Assembly: GCF_006345805.1 (NCBI RefSeq)
Contig: NW_021832432.1
Span: forward strand, 496,001 to 560,000
Direction of reading: 5' to 3'
DNA length: 64,000 nucleotides
DNA from: Octopus sinensis
Lineage: Eukaryota
A program made the position numbers and the translations under genes. How positions within the stretch are numbered: the first letter of the stretch is position 1; every line of letters starts with the position of its first letter. Shown here piece by piece: positions 49,691-62,765 of the stretch. The notes beneath the pieces are model-generated. The model was given only the letters and a program-made list of their open reading frames with translations. It made no database searches and was not told the origin of the DNA.

Positions 49691-50168
49691 GTAAGCGCGT
49701 GTACATAAATATATAGACAGATAGACAAATAGATAGATACTTAGATAGATATAGTCAATATATAAATATATGTACATATGTGTATATATGTATATGAGTG
49801 TATTCAATATATGTACATGTGTGTGCATGCATGCTGGAGCGCCACCTTTAGTCGAGCAAATCGACCCCAGGACTTATTCTTTGCAAGCCTAGTACTTATT
49901 CTATCGGTCTCTTTTGCCAAACCGCTAATGTTACAGGGACATAGACACACCAGCATCGGTTGACAAGCGATGTTGGGGGGACAAACACAGACACACAAAT
50001 ACACACACACACATATATACGACGGGCTTCTTTCAGTTTCCGTCTACCAAATCCACTCACAAGGCTTTGGTTGGCCCGAGGCTATAGTTGAAGACACTTG
50101 GGCAGTGGGACTGAACCCGGAACCATATGGTTGGTAAGCAAGCTACTTACCATACAGCCACTCCTACG

Positions 50169-50248
<80 letters not shown>

Positions 50249-50639
50249 AATATCATACAGAAATCAAACTTACAATGAGATACAGTCAGAAACATAAATA
50301 ATGTGAAACGTCAAAGGAAAGTAAAGTAGGAACATTTTCAGACGGTTAGGAGTATTCTTCCGTCGAGTATAAATTCTATTTTGTTTTCGCATGATTAAAT
50401 ATTGGCAATAATACAAAAGGATATCTAATACTTACGAATAAAAACATCCTATGTAGTACTTTGGCGCAGCGAACTGTGAAGACATCCTACATTAATTTCT
50501 CTTCCATAAGAAATGTCATGGGCCCGTTGTTGGTCATTTCGAAATCTGTAACCAAGAACGTTAATGTTCACGTTGTAAATATGTTTCGGCCAGAATTGGT
50601 CCTGACTATGTCCAAGTAGCATCACCTGGAAAAGACATT

Positions 50640-51600
50640 TAATGATGTTTCATATTACAATCATTCTTTGGGCTTCATAGCCCATTCGAGTAAAGAGTTA
50701 TTATTTGCAGAGATATACCTGAGTGTTGGTGGTTTATCTTGAATTTATTGGAGATATTCGTCCAGGACCTGTGTGAATGTTATGAGCTCCTTTTCGTCTC
50801 TAATGTGTCGTGGCATGATATTAAAAAGAGCAGGGTCAGTTGAGGTGAAACAGCTCTGTCTTAATGTGATGCGAGCATGATTTTTGTAGAAGAGTGCTGT
50901 TGGGATATTTTCCGCATCAAAATGATCTAGCGCTCATAGTGGCATTGTGGGGAATAAAATTTGAGTTTCTCGAGATGATCCCAATGATCAAGACTTCTTA
51001 TCTCATCTGTTTTCCTTGTGATCGATCCCTGGGGTGTTTCAATTGTTATAATATTTTGTTTTGTGTAGGTAACCACAGCAAACAACAGTATTCAAGGTGA
51101 GGACGTACGAGGGTGGAGAAGAGAAGGATAATGGTGGAAGCGTCTCTCGACCGAAAGTTCCTTAGGATCCAAGTGCATGCCTTGCAAGTCATGACGACTT
51201 CGTTGTTTATGTGGGCACTTCAGCCCACAAATACAATGACATTGTTGTCGACGGTTACTCCGAGGTCCCGAGCGGTGTTTGACACCACGAGGTTTTCACC
51301 CTTGGAAACGGTGTATGATAGCGTAAGTGCAACCTCTTTACCGAAGCGGATTAATTCAAATTTATTCTCGTTTAGCTGCATATTGTGTTTTTCCGCCTAT
51401 GAGATAAAAGCGAATAGCCCCAATTGGAGATTAGTCCAGTCTCCCGCCCTGCTGACGACCTTCAGAAGCTTAGAAGTATCCCCGAAAATTCTGATGCTGC
51501 TGTGTTTAATGACATTAATGATGCCATTGATGTGAATAATGGAAAAGAGAGGGTCCAATATGGGTGCCTTGTGAAACTCCACTGATTACTCTTGCCGAAC
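50640..51600 (-). mobile_element. Decayed CR1-clade LINE (RT C-terminal half)
   Basis: GV-QG--.GP-LF, IRIFGDTSKL, NMQLNENKFE, RDLGV and LVRPHLEYCC.LW motifs. Confidence 0.82.
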
Positions 51601-51866
51601 TTGATCGAACACCATCTATCACATGCTGGGTCCTGTTCACTCAATCCACTGATTTAATTGAAGTGATGCCTGCAGACGCAAGGACATTTGTGTTTAGAGA
51701 AAAACAAACTTCATTTAATGTTTAAAATACGATGAAGGCATTTTTGGTGGAATTGTTCTAATAATTTGAAATATCTTTCATAACACGTCCATGTTTCAGA
51801 GGAATACAACAGGGATGGTAAGGCAAATGATTTGTAAAGAGCCGATTTTGTGTTGTTATTTATATG

Positions 51867-53530
51867 TCATTGGCGCCAAATGCGTGACTCCAGACCATCA
51901 AATGCTTGTGCTGCCCTTTGAATTCGCAGATGTAGTTCTGTGTCCAGATTTCTATCATTTTGTACCGAGCTTCCAAGGTAGATGAACGAATCAACAACCT
52001 CAAGTAACTTACCCATAACAAAAATTTTAGTGGGGTTGTAAACAACACCACGTACAGGTTGATACATTGCAACTGTTTTTTTCAAGTCGATGGACAAGCC
52101 AAAATTATCATAAGCTAAGTTAAATGCAGATACAAGAGATTGCAGGTCTGTTTCAGAGTGACTGACTATATCGCAATCGTCTGCATATAAGAGTTTCCTA
52201 ATGAGTGAAGTAAAAACCTTTACTTTGAATTTCTGTCTGGTTAAATTAAAAACATTCCCAGCTATTCGATATTTTATGTAAATACTCTCCTCGGAGTTTT
52301 GAAAAGCGTGTGACATCACAATAGCAAAGTATATTGCAAAGAGAGTGGATGCATCAAGGTCTCCCTGCTTTACTCCATTTTCCACGGCAAAAGATTCAGA
52401 GAGCCTACCACCAAAATTAACTCTAGCTTTCATATCTTGATGCAAAGTCCTGATCATGTTTACAAATTTTTCTGGGCAACCTATTTTTGTTAGAATTAAC
52501 CACAGAGCATTACGATTAACATAATCGAATGCTTTGCTCAAACCAACAAAGCAATGGTATAGGGCAAGATTCTGTTCAATGCACTTTTCCTGAAATTGTC
52601 TGATAGTAAAGATACAATCAACAGTGCCCCTGGAAGAGCGTAAACCACAATGAGACTCAGACACCATATTTGGAACTATGAAGGTATTTAAACATTCTAA
52701 CAGAATGCGGGTAAGTACCTTTCCAACAACAGACAAAAACGAAATCCCACAAAAATTACTACGCAGCGTTTTTGGCCCCGATTTATACAAGGAGACTAAA
52801 ATGGCATCAATCCAGTCTTGAGGCACTTTCTCAATTCTCCAACAGTGACAAATTAATATATTTAAGAGTTCAAACATTTTGTCACCCCTATATTTCAAGA
52901 CTTCTGCACAGATTCCATCAGACCCTGGAGACTTAATTCTATTCAGCTTATTCACTGCTAAATAGATGTCATTTAGATTTGGTTCAAATGCTGTCTCCCC
53001 AATAACTGGAAGATGTTCAATTTTTTCTATCATCCTCATGTCAGCGGATGATGGTCTATGCAAAAGTGAAGAAAAATGTATTATCCAGCGATTATGAATA
53101 GAAGCGGTGTCAGTCAGAAGCAAACGTCCATTTGCTGTTCTCACTGGAGCTATTGAAGAAGATTTTGGGCCATATACCTCTTTAACACGAGTACAAACCC
53201 TTGGCATCATTTCTACCAACTGCTTCTTGTGCCCCTTTTGCTCAATCATTTCACAATTCCTGTTTATTTTTCCTTAGAGCAGTCTGCACTTTCCCTTTCA
53301 GCTTTCTGTAAGCTTCGTTTGAGTTGGGGGTTCGAGGATTGAGAAAGAAGTGCATTGCCAGGTCGCTCTTGAGTGCTGCTGGTAGCATGTAATCCAGTAC
53401 AACCTGTCCCATGGTCGGGTCGTCGTCGACTAAACTGGCAACCCCACCAGGCTTGCTTGGTGAGGAGGGTGATTGTTGGAGACCCCGCAGGACAAAAAAA
53501 TAAGACCCACCAAAGGGCGGAGGAACTCAC
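51867..53530 (-). mobile_element. RTE-BovB-like LINE: 5' UTR plus RT domain, endonuclease missing, 3' truncated
   Basis: A 460-aa open stretch with HFSSLLHRPS, KSPGSDGI, QEKCIEQN, SKAFD, GCPEKFV, GVKQG, LLYADD and FIYLGS. Confidence 0.92.
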
Positions 53531-54320
53531 ATACATACATACATACATACATACATACATACATACATACATACATACATACATACACGCACGCACGCAC
53601 ACGCACACACACATACACACACACACACAAGCACACAGAAGCTCATCAAATATATTTATATGCTTTTCATTTAAATTCAAGCTAGATTTGGCATTGTTTA
53701 ATTAATGATCAAATGAAGGCAACAATTAACAGTAACTGCATAAACTTTTCATTGTTAGACACCAACTCAAGCACTATGACTTGTTAAGAACGTAAAGAGT
53801 TTTTTTTTTCCTTTTTGTTTTTAATTAGAATATTTTATTCCTTCTAACTACTAATTAAGTTTCACAGGACTTTACCGAACAGTTTAAAGGAAATTTTAAT
53901 TCAGCATTCTTTATTTTTATTCAAATTTGTGTGTGCGTGTGTGTTTATATGTGTGTGTGTGTGTGTGCGCGCGCACGCGCTGCTTTGTGTTTTACTATTA
54001 TGCTTTCTTTAGCTGCTGTAAAATATCTCTGATTCTATCTAATAAATCTTATTCCTCATCAAACGATTTTGAGAAATGTTAATCATTACTTGAATTAAGT
54101 TATCCTGCCTTCACGATGTGCAAAGATATCAACTTAAGAAAATTACCAACTTTTATAATGCTACGAGAAAGTTATGTGGGCATTTAAAAAAAATTCTTAC
54201 TTTTTTTATTCTGACAATTTAGTTTTATTTACATGTTTTTTTTTTATAACACTGTAACACGATTTTTGTCCTCGGGTAGCAGCAGCTATTTTCTATTTGC
54301 TTACCCCTAGAATGTATGAA

Positions 54321-54783
54321 AAATGGCTAATATTTCCTTCAAACTTTGCTTTTGTTAGGATACATGCCTTGTAGGCCTCACACGTTTTAGCAGATGTTAT
54401 CAGAGAGTACTTTTTTGCCCGTCTTGATAAATCTGCTACAGGCAGCAAAATGCGTCTGCTGGTTGCTTACAACCAAATGATGCCATCTGTGATGCTTGAA
54501 GCTATCAAAGATGACTTGTCTTCACTTGGACAGCTAAAAGCAAACCGAACTATTGAGCTTACGATCCCTGTATATACTGCCTTCTATGTTGCGAGAATGT
54601 TCTAGAAATTCTTGAAACTTTTAGAAACTTCTTGAAAGTTCTTGAAATTTCTTGAAAGTTCTAGAAAATTTTGCTTCAGCAAATCAACGCTGGATCTGTC
54701 TGAAATGTAATAGAAAATAGATCAGTTTCAAAACATTGATGCCCTGATCACAAAAGCAAAGTTTGAAGGGAATAATAGTCATT
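54321..54783. mobile_element. MITE-like element with inverted repeats of about 35 bp
   Basis: AAATGGCTAATATTTCCTTCAAACTTTGCTTTTGT and ACAAAAGCAAAGTTTGAAGGGAATAATAGTCATTT, with internal 10-bp TTCTTGAAAG-type repeats. Confidence 0.65.
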
Positions 54784-54867
54784 TCCTTTGATTTCTAGAT
54801 AGAAGCACACAGGAAATAACACTTACTGACCAAAGACAAAATAATAATAATAATAATGATAATAATA

Positions 54868-54914
<47 letters not shown>

Positions 54915-57117
54915 TTGTTACACAGTAGGCACAGGAGTGTGGTAAGAAGCTTGCTTCTCAACCACATGGTTCCAGGTTCAGACCCACTGTGTGGCACCTT
55001 GGGCAGATGTCTTCTACTATAGCCTTGGGTGGACCAAAGCCTTGAGAGTGGATTTGGTAGATGGAAACTGAAAGAAGCCCATCGTGTGTATATATATATA
55101 TATAATACATACATGTGTATAAATTATATACAAAGAGGACAACCACTGAGTGGTCCCCTTGCATGCTGAAAAGAGATGCCAAAACCCCAAACCACGAAAA
55201 ATATATTCTTATTTATAGCATGTTGGATGTAGGTGATGAAGACGATTTGAAAAATTGAAAAGACAAGTTATTTCTCTACCCCGAAGTTTTACCATTAATA
55301 ATTAAATAATTTAATTATCTGTGGATCAGATAATTGTGTAGACACTGCTGGAGACATATAATTATAAAATATAAATACATACCATATGCCAGAGGACACA
55401 CGTGCATATCGAGTATTATTATACATCGTGAATTCAATTCTAATATCCTCAACAAGACCTGTGAGAGGAAGCTTTCCCTCAGGGAGACATAAGCTAGAAT
55501 CTTATAGTATAGAAAAGTCATCGATGGCCTAAGCTCTCATAGGGAGCGAAATATATCCTTTCAAAAAAAAAATGATTAAATGTATAGGCGCAGGAGTGGC
55601 TGTGTGGTAAGTAGCTTGCTAACCAACCACATGGTTCCGGGTTCAGTCCCACTGCATGGCATCTTGGGCTAGTGTCTTCTGCTATAGCCCCGGGCCGACC
55701 AATGCCTTGTGAGTGGATTTAGTAGACGGAAACTGAAAGAAGCTTGTCGTATATATGTATATATATATGTATGTGTTTGTGTGTCTGTGTTTGTCCCCCT
55801 AGCATTGTTTGACAATCGATGCTGGCGTGTTTACGTCCCCGTCACTTAGCGGTTCGGCAAAAGAGACCGATAGAATAAGTACTGGACTTACAAAGAATAA
55901 GTCCTGGGGTTGATTTGCTCAACTAAAAGCGGTGCTCCAGCATGGCCGCAGTCAAATGATTGAAACATGTAAAAGAGTAAATATTTAAAATACTGATTGA
56001 CATACATGATTGGATTAAATAAATTGTAATGATTGTCGTGTAAATTCCTTATGGAGTATGTTCATTAGTTAAATTGGATTGTAAGATAGAGAGAGGAGAA
56101 TTCTTTCTAATTTTGGTCCAAGACCAGCGGAAAGTGGGCAAGTTGGACACATTGGCCTCATACTTGACTGGTTCTTATTTTATTGGCCATGAAAGTATGA
56201 TAAATAATGTCAACTAAGGCAAAATTTGAACGCAGAACGTAAAGATCCAGATGAAATGTTGCTCAATGTTTTGCCTGCTGTGCTAATGATTTTGTCAGCT
56301 CACCACCTTATAATGATGAAAGAAAATCATAAAAATGATATGTAAATCAGAAATTAGACCACATACTGTTTGCAAAATAGGATTTTTCTTACCCAAAGGT
56401 AAAGAAAATTTTGTAATAATTTACTCTGATGATGGCACGAAGAAATGAATTTGAATTTTATGTGTAACATTAGCAGCATTAAAATACTGCATTTTCCGTT
56501 TTTTTATACAAAAAATTACACAAATAGTAACAGATTGAAAAAAGATGCTATTTTTACACAAAATAGCATTTTTTTCCCAATTTATTAATATATTAAGATT
56601 AGTTGCTATTATTGTGCTTCTAAGTTAATTAAATTATATGTATAAGTTTTTTATGGATTTTCATTATATTATTAGAAAGAAGTTTGCGATATGCCAAAAT
56701 TGCTAGTTGCATGAATATTTTTAGTCTTAGATGAAATATGAATATGTTTGGAATTTCTGACAGATCTATATTTAGAATGTCTTGAATATTGTTGGAATAT
56801 TTACCACATCTTGACTTTTTAATCATATGAAAGTCAAAATGTTGCATTCAAATGATTTCAGAGCATTTTTAAAATATTAGCTTTTTTTTGTGTTTCCACA
56901 ATTCTGTTGTTTTTATTGGAATGTTCCACCAATCTTCCATATTTTGACAACTGTGGATGCATTCTGCTTCTGAGGTATATTTGATATTGCAAAGAGGACA
57001 ATCCTTCCAACAGATGGGATTGTAAATATTTTTGATAAGATCTAGTATCATAGGAAGATAGTATCTTGCACTGGAAGGGGCCAAAACACTTACAATGCTG
57101 TTTCACTACCTGACCCA

Positions 57118-57525
57118 AACCAACAATTTTGGCTCAACACCGGCAATTTTGGCCCAAGATCAGAATTTTGGCCAAAGACCAGCAATTTTGGCCCAAGATC
57201 AGCAATTTTGGTCCAACACCAGCAATTTTAGCCCAAGGTCAGAATTTTGGCCAAAGACCAGCAATTTTGGTCCAAGATCAGCAATTTTGGTCCAACACCA
57301 GCAATTTTGGCCCAAGACCAGAATTTCGGCCCAAGATCAGAATTTTGGCCAAAGACCAGCAATTTTGGCCAAAGACCAGCAATTTTGGCCTAAGATCAGT
57401 AATTTTGGTGCAAGACAGCAATTTTGGCCCAAGACCAGCAATTTTGGTCCAAGATCAGCAATTTTGGTCCAAGACCAGTAATTTTGGCCCAAAATCAGAA
57501 TTATGGCCAAAGACCAGCAATTTTG
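57118..57525 (+). repeat. 19-20-bp minisatellite, about 20 copies
   Basis: Unit GA(C/T)CAG(C)AATTTTGG(C/T)CCAA, with a recurring 4-unit (79-bp) pattern. Confidence 0.95.
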
Positions 57526-58427
57526 AGAAAAGTGGGTTCTTACCCAAAGGTATATAAAATTTTGTAAAAATTTACTCTGATGATGACATGAAGAAATGAA
57601 TTTGTATTTAATGTGCATTCAAAGAATATCAAAAATATTATAAAAAGTGCAATAGAAAAGTTCATAATCGTTTCTTACTGTTCTCAATAGAATCCATGTG
57701 GTGGTGTTTTGTCGGTAGTTGGTATAATCGCTATATTACAGTTGTGTGTAGTGAAGGAGTTCATTATTGTTTCTTGCTGGTATCAAAAGGAACTGCTTTT
57801 TTGTTACCTTGTGTTCCAATGGCAGCAACAGTAGTGATTGTTGGTCGTAGTAGTAGTGTCCTAGCAGCAGTTACTGTTGGTCATAATTTTGGCAACCTTG
57901 GTGGTGGTTGGGGTTGTGGCAGTTAAGCTGTGGCCGTGGCAACAGTAGCAGTAGTAGAGGACTGTTGATCGTAGCCGCAATAGTAGTGGGTTCACTGGCA
58001 CTGTTCACTGACGTCACATAGTTCCAAAACAATCAAAACCAAACTTCAACGAATACAAGGAAAAGACCCATAACTGTATCCTGTAAGGAAACCAACCAAG
58101 CAGAACGACAAGCTTGACCACGGAAGAAAAACGTCATCAATTTTTTAACGAATCAAAATCAGATCTGCTCGCAGAAAAAAATTTATAAATTCATCTTTCC
58201 CTAAAACATACCACTGCAAGCGGGAGTGACTGTTTAAAGATCTGAGAAATTGTAATTCACCCCACCTCCACCCTTTTTTTACTATTTTAATTCTCACACT
58301 GTGGCCGTAGCAGCTAGTAGCAATAGTAGTGACCACGGTGGTTGTAGTAGTAGTGCTAGTGGAAGCAGTCGTAGTGGTCGTGGTGGTAGAATTTCATTTT
58401 TCCTTTTCGGAAGACCAATGTTTTGTT

Positions 58428-58661
58428 TTAATATTCCTGGCCCAGGGTGTTTAAACTTGGTCTAAATTTTTTGATGAAATAAAGTTCTTTATTTTGGCGT
58501 TGGGTGAAGGTTACGCTGTCACTGAATTTGTAAAGTGGATGAGTTGTAAATTTCGGATTTTCATTTATAGCACATCTATCTATGTGTCCGCTGACCGGTA
58601 TTTTCCGGTATTCAGGGTTTCTAATTTGGGATTTATGCACCGCTATCCTTTTACGTAAGCT
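58428..58661 (-). mobile_element. Penelope-like element, GIY-YIG endonuclease C-terminal fragment
   Basis: LRKRIAVHKSQIRNPEYRKIPVSGHIDRC...RQNKELYFIKKFRPSLN, abutting a (TA)n tract. Confidence 0.8.
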
Positions 58662-58674
58662 ATTTTATATATAT

Positions 58675-58726
<52 letters not shown>

Positions 58727-58727
<1 letters not shown>

Positions 58728-60664
58728 GTGCTATTCCCCCCACCTCATGCAATACATCATAGAGAGGGTTAGTAAAGAACCTGGCATGGGTAGGGCCCTG
58801 ATCAATTTGGATCAATCGAAAGGTTTCGATAGGGTCGACCATCAGTTCCTACTGGCTATCCTTAAGGCGGCTGATTCGGTCCCATTTTCAGAGATTGGAT
58901 TGCTGCAATGTGCAGCGACATCTGTTCAGTGGTCAAAGTAAATGGGTACCTGTCGGAATCGTTTAGCATCACACGTTTGGTCCATCAAGGATGCTCACTC
59001 TCACCTCTTCTCTATGTACTGGCACTCAAGCTATTACTGCGGATGCTGGATGTTTTGAGGGGCATCCCACATAAACTAGGATGCGGAAGGTTCATGTCAG
59101 CATATGCGGACGACATCACTGTGATAGTGTTGGACATCTCGGAAATCAAGATGGTCGGCACTACCCTAAGGGAATACGAAGCAGTGACAGGAGTGATGAT
59201 TAACCAGGAGAAGTCAGTGGGCCTGCAGCTCGGCACCTGGAGAGGCAGGTCCTTGCGACTGACAGTGTTGTGTGGCGCTGGATGGAAGGACCGGTTAAGT
59301 TGCTTGGAGTCTGGTTTGGGCCTCCAAGTGGACAAGAACTGGGGTGAGGTGACAGTCTCACCTAGAAATTGGCCGAGAGGAAGCTGTCCCTGAAAGGTTG
59401 AGCAGAAGTGGTGAATGCGTACATCACATCCAGCATATGCTATGGCTTGATTGTCATCCCTTGCCCCGCCTCGTGACTGAATGGGCTAGTGCACTTGCTC
59501 TTCTGCTTCCTGTGAAAGAGACAGGTACTGCTTGTCAGATGGTCCATTTGTTGTCAACACTAGTTGCGTAGAGGATTGGGCATGGTCTGGCTGATGATGT
59601 GCAGACACATGCTAAGACTGTGACATCTCCAGCAATACCATAATGGGGAGCAAGTGTGGTCGCCGTTTGTTGGATGCACCTTTCTGCAGCTCATTTCCTT
59701 GACGGGTTGACAGTCCTAGATCAGGCATAGACCGAAGCAGGGCGCTTGGCGCCTAGAGTGTCTTCAAACACTCACAGCCCTCGGTCAGTTAGGCAATGCG
59801 GTTGGTGAAAGTTCCACCTTGGAACTTTATAGTGATGGCATTCTCGGAGAGGTTCTGGGCGTCATGGGATCAACTGGCTGGTCCCTTCCAGAAGAGCTTT
59901 GGGCCGGGACCTAGGAGTAACTTCCAGAAATCCCTGGCCTGGTAGTGCTACAGGGGGCTCTGCTGGTTTGCGATAAGATCTACATGTATGGGTATGCAGT
60001 CAGACGGGCTTGTCCGAGATGCACTTGGAGCAATGAAACCATTTTGAATGCTCTTGTACAGTGTCCACGCATTGCTAACTTGTGGAGCTTCGTTGAACAG
60101 TTACTGTCATGTGTAGGATGGATCTGGCTATTGTTCAAGTCCATTGTGACGATTGCCCTGTCTCCTTCCTTTGGCCATGAAGGACATGCAGCTTTTCTGT
60201 CTGGTGGTTATGGCAAAAGAGGTAGTGAGGTGGACGCAATTGAAAGGGTTGAAGACAGGTACCTTTCTCTTCGGCCAAGGTCTCATTGACTTTTTCAGGT
60301 TCCACCTGAAAAGGAAAGTGAGGCTGGAGAGGGAGGTGCTGTCACTCAGTAAGTTTGTTGAAAGGTAGGTGAATGTGGCAAGAATGGATTGTGTGAATGG
60401 ACCTACTCTAAGTGTGTGCCTGCAGGCCGGATGGTATGAAAAGGAGAGGGGTGCCTCCTTGAGCCTTTGGTGTTAGGGGTCCAAAATGTGTGAGGTTTCT
60501 TTGGTCACCTCTCAGTGGAATTCACCCCATCCTATTGGGGAAGTACATTGTTGTTTTAATGTCCATGCTATTAGTTTTTTTGCTGTTTACATGTTTAACC
60601 CCACTGTCCCTTGTCTGTGTATTATCCTTTATATTTTGTATTCAGCCCTGGTGGCCAATAAAGA

Positions 60665-60710
<46 letters not shown>
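58727..60710 (+). mobile_element. 5'-truncated, decayed L1/Tx1-clade LINE
   Basis: LDQSKGFDRVDH, VHQGCSLSPLLYVL, AYADDIT and a C-terminal CPRC...ET....VQC..W knuckle. AATAAA at 60657 is followed by a (TAT)n tail. Confidence 0.88.
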
Positions 60711-61264
60711 GAGTGAGAGAGCAGTGCGTGCTATCAAATTAACACTGGGGTTGAATATACAAAGCCCAATATACCCATCATGACTACCCGTCTGATAAAC
60801 GTACACCAGGCACATGCATCACAACCATATGTGTGCAACATAGTGATTTCATATCAAGATAAACAGTGAATGACCTTGCAGGTGGGGCCCAGTTAGGATT
60901 TTCTTCTGGTTGAGTAGCCCATCCAGCTCAAAAGGTCCCTGAATAAGGATTGTTTAAGGATGCTGAACGAACCACCCATGTTTCCAGAGGTGAATTATCC
61001 AAACCCCGAAGAATCCCTCTCAACACATGGCTATGATGCTCCCCCAATACTTCTGCACGTGATCAGAGATGCACATATTGTCAGCCACTAGGGATATGCT
61101 CAACTGGTTAAGGTCAAACAACAGACAAGTAAATCTGTGGTATTGAGCAGAATATTTGCTGTAGCCCATCTTTTATACCAAGACAAAACAATGTACATGG
61201 TAACACTTCCAATCAGTTAAGATCAGAAGCCATGAGAGCCATTGTCTGGTACTGCATCAGGGCA
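60711..61264 (-). mobile_element. Non-coding retroelement of about 550 bp inserted in (TAA)n
   Basis: (TTA)n on both flanks and a second copy at 29154. Confidence 0.7.
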
Positions 61265-61266
61265 TA

Positions 61267-61301
<35 letters not shown>

Positions 61302-61439
61302 AAACTGTTCGGTGCCTACAGGTGAATATTTTTTCAAGAATAATCCATACTTAACTAATTTTCTTGAATCTAATTACAAAATCCTACACCTTTTCATTCC
61401 ACAACATTGTGGGGGTTGATAAATCTCTACAAACTGCTA

Positions 61440-61704
61440 CACAGAACCGAAGCACTCAAGGTAGTAGTAGTGGTAGTGGTCATGGTGACGAGGTAGGTTG
61501 TGCCTGATGCTGATGGTAATGGTGTTGGTAGTAGTAGTAGTAGTAGTAGTAATGTAGGCTGTAGTGGTGATGATGGTGATGGTAGTAGTAGCAGTGAATA
61601 GTTGTAGTGAGTAGTATTAGTATTTGTATTAGTAGTATTAGTAGCAACAGCAGCAGCAGTAGTAATAGTAGTAGTGATGATGATGGGGATTTTAGTAATA
61701 GTAA

Positions 61705-61743
<39 letters not shown>

Positions 61744-62621
61744 TAGTAGTAGTAGTAGTAGTAGTGATGCAGGCTGCACTGGTGATGATGGTGATGGTAG
61801 TAATAGTAGTAGAAGAAGCAGTCATATAGTAGTAGTAGTAGTAGTAATATAGACTATGTTGGTGATGATGGTGGTTATGGCTAAGATGATGTTAGTAGAG
61901 GTGGTAGTATTAATGGTGAGTGGGGATAGTAATAACATTAATACTGCCATAATAGTGGTGCTTGATGATGCTGGTGGTGGTTGTGGTGGTGATGGTGGTG
62001 GTGGTGGTGGTGGTGGTGATGGTGGAGATGGTGGGGGTGAGGCAGTGACTGAAGATTTCAATGACAGTGGTTGTATTATTATTGCTATTAGTAATGGTTG
62101 TGGTTGTGATGGTAGTAAGAGGGGTGGGTCGGAATTATGAAGCTGATGACGATGGTGGTGGTTATGGTGATGGTGGTGAAGGTAGTGGGTGGCATCATGT
62201 GATGAAGATGATGGCAGTGGTATTATTACTGTTATTAACTATTGTTTGTGGTGGTCATCGTAGTGTTTGTGTTGCTGAGAATGATTATGGTGATGGTTGT
62301 GGTGGTGATGGTGGTGATGGTTGCGGTGATGGTTGTGGTTGTGGTGGTGGTGGTGGTGGTGGTGGTGGTGGTTGTGATGATTGTGGCGCTGGTGGTGGTC
62401 GTGGTGCTGGTGAGAATGATTATGGTGATGGTTGTGGTGATGGTGGTGACGGTGGAGACGATACCAATGGTGGTATTGATGGTGGAAACTGTATAAATAT
62501 TAGTGGTAGTGGTGATGGTACCAGTTTTAGTAGTGGTTACATTATTAGTAGAATGGGTCTTGGCAGGGGTATCAGCGATTTTATTGGTGATGTTAATGGT
62601 ATTAAAATCAGTAGTAGTAGT

Positions 62622-62662
<41 letters not shown>

Positions 62663-62667
62663 CAGTT

Positions 62668-62713
<46 letters not shown>

Positions 62714-62729
62714 CGGTGGTGGTGGCGGC

Positions 62730-62763
<34 letters not shown>

Positions 62764-62765
62764 AG
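61440..62765. repeat. Low-complexity trinucleotide region (GTA/GGT/GAT/GCA)n
   Basis: Directly visible. A similar tract lies at 57820-58390. Confidence 0.9.

Noticed and set aside
53400-53530. HDV-like ribozyme in the RTE 5' UTR
   Set aside because: Such ribozymes are known in RTE leaders, but P1/P3/P1.1 pairings could not be fitted by eye and only a simple hairpin is evident. A covariance search would settle it.
55510-55562. Hammerhead-like GCTC...GAGC-GAAA-TATA-TC
   Set aside because: It lacks CUGANGA adjacent to stem II.
56425-56445. CTGATGA in the 79-bp direct repeats as a hammerhead or C/D box
   Set aside because: It is followed by GAAG rather than GAAA, and has no stem I or III or terminal stem.
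57095-57618. ORFs of 128, 142 and 93 aa
   Set aside because: They are mostly products of the 20-bp minisatellite.
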